A stretch of DNA of 63,753 nucleotides, filler included, from Octopus bimaculoides (lineage: Eukaryota), in assembly GCF_001194135.2 (NCBI RefSeq). It is 3 parts of 3 records of this genome, joined end to end, with 100 filler letters (N's around TTAATTAATTAA, not from the genome) between each part and the next. Parts side by side here need not be neighbours in the genome. Positions count along the whole stretch, not along the records: positions 28,689 to 56,565 come from NC_069006.1; positions 56,666 to 63,753 come from NC_068998.1; 1 more part is not named here. One strand, given 5' to 3'. The translations under genes and the position numbers were made by a program. Shown one piece after another: positions 55,693 to 63,753 of the stretch (position 1 is the stretch's first letter; each line of letters begins with the position of its first letter). The notes under the pieces are model-generated. The model did no database searches. It was not told the origin of the DNA and saw only the letters and a list, made by a program, of their open reading frames with translations.

Positions 55693-55754
<62 letters not shown>

Positions 55755-56364
55755 TGAGCTATGTATGTGTATACATGTATGACTGTCTGTGTTTTTGTCT
55801 TTATTCTCCCACTCCTTGATATCATCATCATCATCGAATGGAAAGCATGGGAGTGATGCTGAAGATGATGGTTATGATGGTGACACTAGGATAGATATTT
55901 GGTATTGTATATATCATAGGCACCGAAGACAAGATTTAATGATTTTAATGACAATAATTTATATATATATAAATAAATAAATAAATAAATAATTATTTAC
56001 GTAATTACAAAACTCATGAAAATAGCAATAGATATTCTGTCTGTGTGTCACGCTGACAGTCTCTGAAGAGATGTCTGGATGTGTTTATTTCTACATAAGT
56101 GGGCATTACCTCCATCATTCTCAATAACTGGTTTTCTATTACTTCATCGATCTATTCATTTATATACTTTCATATCCAGCTTTCTGTCTCGCTGGCTATC
56201 TCTCAATTTGTCTGTCTGTCTATTTATCCTTTTACATATATCGCCCCCCACCCGTCTCTGAATATGTATATATTTGGGCATGTGTGTGTGTGTGCGTGTA
56301 CTTGTGTGTGTATGCGAGTATGTGTGTGCATATGAGTGTGTGTAAATATATATATGCATATATA

Positions 56365-56529
56365 GGCGCAGGAGTGGCTCTGTGGTAAGTAGCTTGCTTA
56401 TCAATCACATGGTTTCTGGTTCAGTGTAAGTTTCGTGACACCTTGGGCAAGTGTCTCTTCTACTATAGCCTCGGACCGACCAAAGCCTTGTGAGTGAATT
56501 TGGTAGAAGGAAACTGAAAGAAGCCCGTC

Positions 56530-56530
<1 letters not shown>
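56365..56530 (+). mobile_element. SINE family B, 5' half running into (TA)n and a gap
   Basis: ggcgcaggagtggctctgtggtaag...gacaccttgggcaagtgtc...gaaactgaaagaagcccgtcg. Confidence 0.9.
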
Positions 56531-56565
<35 letters not shown>

Positions 56566-56609
56566 NNNNNNNNNNNNNNNNNNNNNNNNNNNNNNNNNNN
56601 NNNNNNNNN

Positions 56610-56621
56610 TTAATTAATTAA
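56610..56621. other. Synthetic assembly linker TTAATTAATTAA in a 44N-12-44N block
   Basis: Same structure as at 28633-28644. Confidence 0.9.
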
Positions 56622-57091
56622 NNNNNNNNNNNNNNNNNNNNNNNNNNNNNNNNNNNNNNNNNNNNGGGGGGGCGGGGTGATGGTGAAAGTGGAGGTGGTG
56701 GTCATGGTGGTGGTGGTTGTGGTGATGGAGATATGCTAAGGAGGTAGTGGTGTAGAGGCGAAGTGGCGGTGGCAGGGCGAAGGAGAAGAGGTTCTTTTTA
56801 TTGAAAGGAGATTTGGCTGCTATTTTTAGCAGAATGTGACTGACGGTATGAATGATAGTATAGTGGGGTTAGAGTGAAGGTGGTGATGGTGGTGGGACGG
56901 AAAAGTAGCGGGATAGATGGGTGGTGTGGGGGAGGAGAGGAGGCGCAGAAAAACAGAGGGAATGGACGGGTAGATTGGTGGAGGAATGGTGCAGCAATGG
57001 AGCGGAACCAATAAAGATATTTTCATTTTGGGAATTCTTTTATTCATTTCCAAAGTTGTTCTGTTGATGCAATAAATCCTTTCTTATTTTC

Positions 57092-57128
<37 letters not shown>

Positions 57129-57466
57129 CACATATGCATACAAACACACCGATAAGTGTATTACATATGTCTACACATATTATATAATATATATATATAT
57201 CAATAAATGCATGTGTGTGTATATACATGCATACATACATACATATATACATACATATATACATGCATATACATACTTACAGGTATATATTCATACATAA
57301 GAACTTATACATAAAATATAATTCTAACTATGCCATTGGTCTCTATACCTATATATACAAATATATACATGCGTATATATATATATATATACATATACAC
57401 ACATGCATGAATGTGTGTATATGAACGTGAGAAAGCGAGTGTATGTCCATGTCGGTATGAGAAAGA

Positions 57467-57500
<34 letters not shown>

Positions 57501-58055
57501 AACAGACAGGAAGAAACACAGAAGGTATGAATATCAGAATAAGATGGCATATGCGTATATTTTCGGGTTAAAGACCTCTACCTAGAATCCCATTAGTGAC
57601 GTGTCGAAACTTTTAATGGCGCTGCCCCAGCATGGCCACACTCTCAAACACAAACGGACAATAGAATAAATATGCGTTGATGTCTTGTGAGCACTTCCCG
57701 CTACATTACGGCCCATTGCCCCTGATCAACCAATCAGATTTGCTGCTCGATCTTGGGAATAACTTTTCTTTTAATCTGAGCAAACCTTGCATATAGATTG
57801 TCTTTGCTTGTTTTTGGTAGTAGAACAGAGGAAACCAAAACTTTCAAGATCGCTGATTCTGTGTCTTTTATTCCCAGAAAGCTAAAGGAAGCGTAAAAGC
57901 TGCATTGTGATTCGGTCAAAATTAATTGTACTCTTTCTGTAACCTGGGTAGGGGTCCATACCGGGTACTGTGAGCTGGAGCCAGCTGAGCCCGGGACTCG
58001 TGTCACGCAGGGTCGTTGCTTCCCTGAAGTAGGGAAGAAAATCGCTACCCACTAC

Positions 58056-58089
<34 letters not shown>

Positions 58090-58477
58090 CTCTTTACTCT
58101 CTTTTATTTGTTTCAGTCATTTGACTGCGGCCATGCTGGAGCACCGCCTTTAGTCGAACAAATCGAGCCCAGGACTTATTCCTTGTAAGCCTAGTACTTA
58201 CTATATCGGTGTCTTTTGCCGAACCGCTAGGTTAGGCGACGTAAATGCATCAGCATTGTTTATTAAGCGATGTTGGGTGCGGGGAGGGGGCAAACACACA
58301 CATACACATATATACGGCAGGCTTCTTTCAGTTTCCGTCTACCAAATCCACTCACAAGGCTTTGGTCGGCCCGATGCTATAGTAGAACACACTTGCCCAA
58401 GATGCCACGCAGTGGGACTGAACCCAGAACCATGTGGTTAATATGCAAGCTTCTTACCACAGTGCCACTCCTGTGCC
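58090..58477 (-). mobile_element. SINE family B, full length
   Basis: Both halves joined by a short (CA)n, with tRNA-like head and the CORE-like motif ccttgggcaagtg on the minus strand. Confidence 0.9.
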
Positions 58478-59089
58478 TGTGGTATATACCCGGAAAATAC
58501 CCGGCACACCTTGTATATTACTCTGTATTATTACTATATGTTACATTACTGTCTCTTTTATTCGTGTACAATATATGCTGATACGCCGAATGGAATCAGG
58601 ATATTTATGTTAATTCCGGTGAATACCGTAAAAACATCGTAGTAATGAATAATTATAATAATTATTGCTAAAAAAAGAACAGGAAACTTAAATGATTAAT
58701 GCTTACGTGTGTGTGTGTGTGAGTAGAAAATTATTAATTGCAAGGATAATGCTATTCACAAAATCCTTGCTTTTTCATTTTTTCTTTTTTTTGTTCATAC
58801 CTTAGTCGGAAGAAGGTCATCACGGTTCACGACCTTTCATCAAAGATCCTCATGTTTCGAAAAGTAAAGTTACAGTCAGACCATAAGACTGGCCCGAATG
58901 CTTACCACATATTCCACACCATTAAAACTACCCAAGGAAGCGGTAACGGATGGTAAACTTAAGGATAGGCGACGTTCCTTAATTTCCTTTCCAAGAACAG
59001 AAATGAGATATTTCCCCACTCACCAAACTTCGAGAACTTAAAGCACCAATGGTCACAAACTACTTATTTAGTCCTTTTTACAAGTGTAT

Positions 59090-59440
59090 TTGCTTTTTAA
59101 CTTTTGATTGTTTCATTCATTGGACTGCGGTCTGTTTGACGAACCACTCAGTTACGGGGGTGTAAGCACACCAATATTGGTTGTCATGCGATGGTGGGGG
59201 GCAAACACAGACATACAAACATATATATGTGTGTGTTTGTGTGTGTGTGTGTGTATTTGTGTGTGTGTGTGTATATACGGCGGGCTTCTTTCAGTTTCCG
59301 TCTCCCAAATCCACCCCCAAGCCTTTGGTCGGCGGCCCGAGGCTATAGTAGAAGACACTTGTCCAAGGTGCCAAGCAGTGGGACTGAATCCGGAACCATG
59401 TAGTTGGTAAGCAAGCTACTTACCATGCAGCCACTCCTGC
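59090..59440 (-). mobile_element. SINE family B, near full length
   Basis: Colinear with 58090-58477, with an internal (TG)n. Confidence 0.85.
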
Positions 59441-59523
59441 TAAGATACTATGGCAAGAAACTCTTCTCAGTGTTCCAGTGCAAGAGACTATAACAATTCG
59501 TTTTTAACGGTTGAACTCAAAGT

Positions 59524-59680
59524 ATAGGATGGGCCAGAATTCATGACTGACTAATTAGTTTTTTTTCTTAAAATGCTTATTTTAAAGTTATTGTATTATT
59601 TGAATGCATTATTTTATTTCTTAAAATGCTTATTAATAGATATTAATATATTAATAAATTTTGAAATCCGGCCCACCCTG
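59524..59680. mobile_element. Small Tc1/mariner-like MITE
   Basis: Left end taggatgggccagaattca and right end tgaaatccggcccaccctg are imperfect inverted repeats around an AT-rich core. Confidence 0.5.
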
Positions 59681-59914
59681 AAGATAATAGGTAAATACTA
59701 AGTTAAAAAAACAGCTTTCTTTAGAAAAAAATTGACCTCATAATTACATGCTATTATTGGTAATATCTACACCGTATTTATTTATAGTTTTTCCTGCTTT
59801 AAGTTGAACCGTTAAAACGAATTATTTCGTATGCCCTCGAAGTTTCTAAATTCTTGTGGCTTAGGCAAGAAACTATGTTGAGATATGGGTCAGCAAAAGC
59901 AAATTAAACGAAAA

Positions 59915-60068
59915 GGCGCAGAAGCAGCTGTGTGGTAAGAAGCTTTCTTCCCAACCGTATTGTTATGGTTCTGAGTTCAGCCCAAATGCGTGGCACCTTA
60001 GGAAAGTGCCTTCTACTATACCCTTGGGCCGACCAAAGTCTTGTGAGTGGATATGGTAAATGCCAACT
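59915..60068 (+). mobile_element. SINE family B, 5' half
   Basis: ggcgcagaagcagctgtgtggtaag...ggcaccttaggaaagtgccttctactata...gccgaccaaag. Confidence 0.85.
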
Positions 60069-60132
60069 GCCATTATAAAGCTTATGCTATTCAGATGAAT
60101 CACTGAGTCTAGGACATTTATTCCCACCCCAT

Positions 60133-60225
60133 GGACAATAACCCCTCAAGGACAATTATCCCTGAGGAAAACAACCCCTTAGGACAATTACCCGCTAGGA
60201 CAATTACCTCTAAGCAGTTAACCCC
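60133..60225. repeat. 16-bp imperfect tandem repeat (ggacaattacccNNNa), about 5-6 units
   Basis: Units start at 60133, 60150, 60166, 60182 and 60198, with a partial unit at 60214. Confidence 0.85.
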
Positions 60226-60344
60226 ACCATGTGTACCGTATTTTCTGATATATAAGCCTATATATATATATATATATATATATATTCTTTTATTCTTTTA
60301 CTTGTTTCACCCATTTGTGCATGTTTTGATGTCTGTGTATGTGT

Positions 60345-60575
60345 TATTTCTTTACTACCCACAAGGGGCTACACACAGAGGGGACAAACAAAGACAGACA
60401 AACGGATTAAGTCGATTATATCGACCCCAGTGCGTAACTGGTACTTATTTAATCGACCCTGAAAGGATGAAAGGCAAAGTCGACCTCGGCGGAATCTGAA
60501 CTCAGAACGTAGCGGCAGACGAAATACCGCTAAGCATTTCGCCCGGCGTGCTAACGCTTCTGCCAGCTCGCCGCC
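60345..60575 (-). mobile_element. SINE family A (tail type 1)
   Basis: Full-length reverse-complement copy. Confidence 0.92.
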
Positions 60576-60665
60576 TTATGTCTGTGTATGTGTGTGTGTG
60601 TGTGTGCATGCGTGGGTGTATGTATGTATGCATGCATGCACTTGTATATGTATCTATATATGTAT

Positions 60666-60896
60666 GGCGGCGAGCTGGTAGAATGGTTAGCACGCCGGGC
60701 GAAACGCTCAGCGGTATTTCGTCTGTCTTTACGTTCTGAGTTTAGATTCCGCCGAGGTCGACTTTGCCTTTCAACCTTTCGGGGTCGATTAAATATGTAC
60801 CAGTTACGCACTGGGGACGATGTAATCGACTCAATCCTTTGTCTGTCCTTGTTTGTCCCCCTCTGTGTTTAGCCCCCTGTGGGCAATAAAGAAATA
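60666..60896 (+). mobile_element. SINE family A (tail type 1)
   Basis: Full-length copy, head-to-head with 60345-60575. Confidence 0.92.
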
Positions 60897-61239
60897 TATA
60901 TGTAATTGCAAGTAAATTTGGAGCTCTTGTGTTAGGTTTATTTCTAAGAACTACGCCAAGAATCTCGAGATAAACGTACTTATATCGACATAAAATCTCT
61001 ATCATTTGATACGACATCCAAAGAGGAGATGAAAAAATGTAAAGTAAATCGTTTGGAAGCGTTGGTAAAAAAATTCTTACCGATATTCCTTCCAATTCTT
61101 TACATTCCAAGTTCAAATACTGCTGTGGTAAGTTTTGCATTTCTTCTCTCAAGTGCCGATAACATAAAGTACCATTTAACCCTTCGTTAGTCACCTGACC
61201 CTTCCAAAATTGTTTATCGTTCTAGTATCTTGTAAGATA

Positions 61240-62005
61240 CGTGGTCTGATCAATAAGTATCCAGATTGTTGCCATAATAACAAAGCAAAAGCACGCAGTG
61301 TGAAGCCGCTTGGTACAGATGTTCTAGCTCACTCCCGCTGCTTACAGAGAAAGATGAGCAGAGACTCTGCATCAAATCTTGCCAAAAGTTTGGTGATACC
61401 TGCTCAGAGGCCTATGCAAAGTTTTCAAAAAGTTTCCATTCTTCTCGATACAATCAAGGAAAGTGTCTTTTTGGTCAGCTGAAAACAGTTTTGGCACAAA
61501 CTTGACAGACACGTGACTCATACTCAAATCTCCAGTGAACTGAAGCGTAACTAATCTGCACATTCTCTGACAACTCTGCGATGGTGATTCGACGATTTCC
61601 CCTCACAGCTTCACTCACATCTTCAATGTTTTTTCTCGGTTCTCCTGGCTGCGGGTCTCCCAGAACGTTCATCAATATCGACAATTTTTCGGCCATCTTG
61701 GAAACGTCCGAACCACTCGTACACATGTGTGCAGCTCATACACTCCTCTTCATACACTTTCTACAAAATTGCATAGGCCTCTGAGCAGGTATCGCCATGA
61801 CAACTTTCTCTGTCATGATCAATCCGACGATCACACGCTACACACCTTCCTCCCAAGTACTGCTCTTAATAGCGGAAGTGAGCTGGAACGTCAAAACTTA
61901 GAGCGCATGCATAACAGAGTTCAAGGTCAGTCTTTGCCCAGTGGATTCACTCTGCGTGTTTTAGCTTCGTTACTATGGCGGCAGTCCAGATACTTATTGG
62001 AATAG
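61240..62005 (+). mobile_element. Non-autonomous mariner element with internal deletion and inversion
   Basis: TA plus left TIR cgtggtctgatcaataagtatccagattgttgcc; the right TIR is the reverse complement at 61962-62005 plus TA. N-terminus EQRLCIKSCQKFGDTCSEAY is on +, and HTH block VYEWFGRFQDGR...DERSGRP...RITIAELS...KFVPKL is on -. Confidence 0.85.
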
Positions 62006-62618
62006 TATTTTAATCAAAATGAAACTGAAAACTTTTGTCGTAAAATTCTGAGAAATATATTTTACATGCTATTGACAATGCGCAAAAATGCAGAAATGCG
62101 CATCTAGTATTCTTGTCGTCGCTGATGAGTAGTTTTTGTCTGTTACTGATATATTTGCGTTCTTAAACACTGCACGTCCATAAGAGATATTATCACCAGA
62201 CGAATATTGTAGTAAATTTGCCTTTTCGCTATGTATCGCATTTAGTATGATACGGAGATAGCTACTGTAATCTAATACTGATTCTGCTGCACGCAATGGA
62301 ATTACATTCAAACGAGTTGCTAATTGCGTATAAAGGTTTCATTTTTTATATTCCAATACAAAAGAGATGAGTAAGCGTTAAATGGAAAAAATGCTACGTG
62401 CTGGTTTTAAATGATACAATGTTACATATGGATGGATACACGAGTACAGATACACAGACAAATATGCATACAGACAAACGCGTGCTTTTAGATATATACA
62501 CAAGCGGTTTAACTTCTATTTTCTTGATTAAATCGTATTTGTACCAATCTATAAATTATTAATAAAATCCATTGCCTGTCGCTGTCGAATAATTACTTGA
62601 AACAAAAGAGAGACAATA

Positions 62619-62650
<32 letters not shown>

Positions 62651-62807
62651 NNNNNNNNNNNNNNNNNNNNNNNNNNNNNNNNNNNNNNNNNNNNNNNNNN
62701 NNNNNNNNNNNNNNNNNNNNNNNNNNNNNNNNNNNNNNNNNNNNNNNNNNNNNNNNNNNNNNNNNNNNNNNNNNNNNNNNNNNNNNNNNNNNNNNNNNNN
62801 NNNNNNN

Positions 62808-62842
<35 letters not shown>

Positions 62843-63149
62843 CATATATATATATATATCTTATATGACCCTTTATTAGACTATTTTCCTTTGTCATTGC
62901 ACGTTGATCACCATAAGCTTTAAGCTTATATAAAAATACCATTATTATTGATTTTACAGGATTGTAAAACATGGCGCTGTATAAAAAAACATTCGCACCG
63001 AAAGTATATATACATACATACTTTTCGAAAATGGAATCACCCCAGAGGGTATTCATTAAAGGAATTAAAGGCATGACTCATCTCAATTATTGGAACCACC
63101 TTAGAGCATTAAAACTCTATTCCCACTAGCTCCACCGTGAGCGATACAT

Positions 63150-63545
63150 CATTTGCACGATGTAGAGAATATACCACCAGCATTGCTCAAACGATCTCAG
63201 CATTAATTTCAGAATTCACCCAAGGGTAGGACCACGGGCCATATGTCCCCTGCCCAATTCAGAATCACAACACATAAATACACTATGCAGCACGATTTGT
63301 TTTTTAATAAAAAAAGTATCTAGTTTTTTGTTATTTTGGGACGAAATTATGCTAATTAAGTTATGTCTCAGACTGTAACCTATCATTATTTTTTTACCAT
63401 TAATAATTTCCGAGTACCTGCTATTCTTATCGAAGTGTTTATTTATAATGTTGAACATAGATTCGACTAAGTTAGTTTTAATTTGCATAGCATACGGGAG
63501 TATAAGCCAATTACTATCTTTTGTTTTTCCAATATACCTACCATA
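63150..63545 (-). mobile_element. Penelope-like element remnant (linker upstream of the GIY-YIG domain)
   Basis: NWLILPYAMQIKTNLVESMFNIINKHFDKNSRYSEIINGKKIMIGYSLRHNLISIISSQNNKKL resembles the PLE consensus WFNPPYS..VKTNIG..FL..I.KHF....ISYSC.PN..SIISSHN.K. Confidence 0.7.
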
Positions 63546-63753
63546 CGACACAATTTCATTGCTGTTCGAGTGATGAATGCTATCTTAATGCTTATTTGTT
63601 TTTATCCTTTTGTTATCTATGTTTGCATATGTAAGTGTATGTATGTATATATACGTATACATTTATACATATATATGAGTGTATATATATATATGTATGT
63701 TTATATATATATGTGTATATATATATACATACATATATATATATATATATATA

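Noticed and set aside
62069-62326. About 85 open codons on the minus strand after a weak acceptor
   Set aside because: Weak polypyrimidine tract and no homology; compatible with chance.

Overview
AT-rich, microsatellite-dense animal genomic DNA with about 18 N-gaps. The SINE/LINE repertoire looks like that of Octopus (inference from recognised repeat families, not a database search). No host protein-coding gene, tRNA, rRNA or CRISPR array can be supported; almost all tracked ORFs are microsatellite or N-run artefacts. The window holds decayed mobile elements: two tRNA-derived SINE families (more than 25 full or partial copies), four RTE-clade LINE fragments, three R4/Dong-like restriction-endonuclease LINE 3' ends clustered in (TAA)n tracts, Penelope-like (PLE) remnants, two mariner relics and several foldback/MITE-like inverted repeats. 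The most interesting signal is a near-perfect 120-bp palindrome (1686-1943) whose right arm, with the end of the spacer, carries a complete minimal type I hammerhead ribozyme motif of the PLE/retrozyme kind. Next are a chain of (TAA)n-associated R4/Dong-like insertions (26.7-28.6 kb), a mariner with an internal inversion, and a compact GC-rich multi-stem element at about 57.95 kb.
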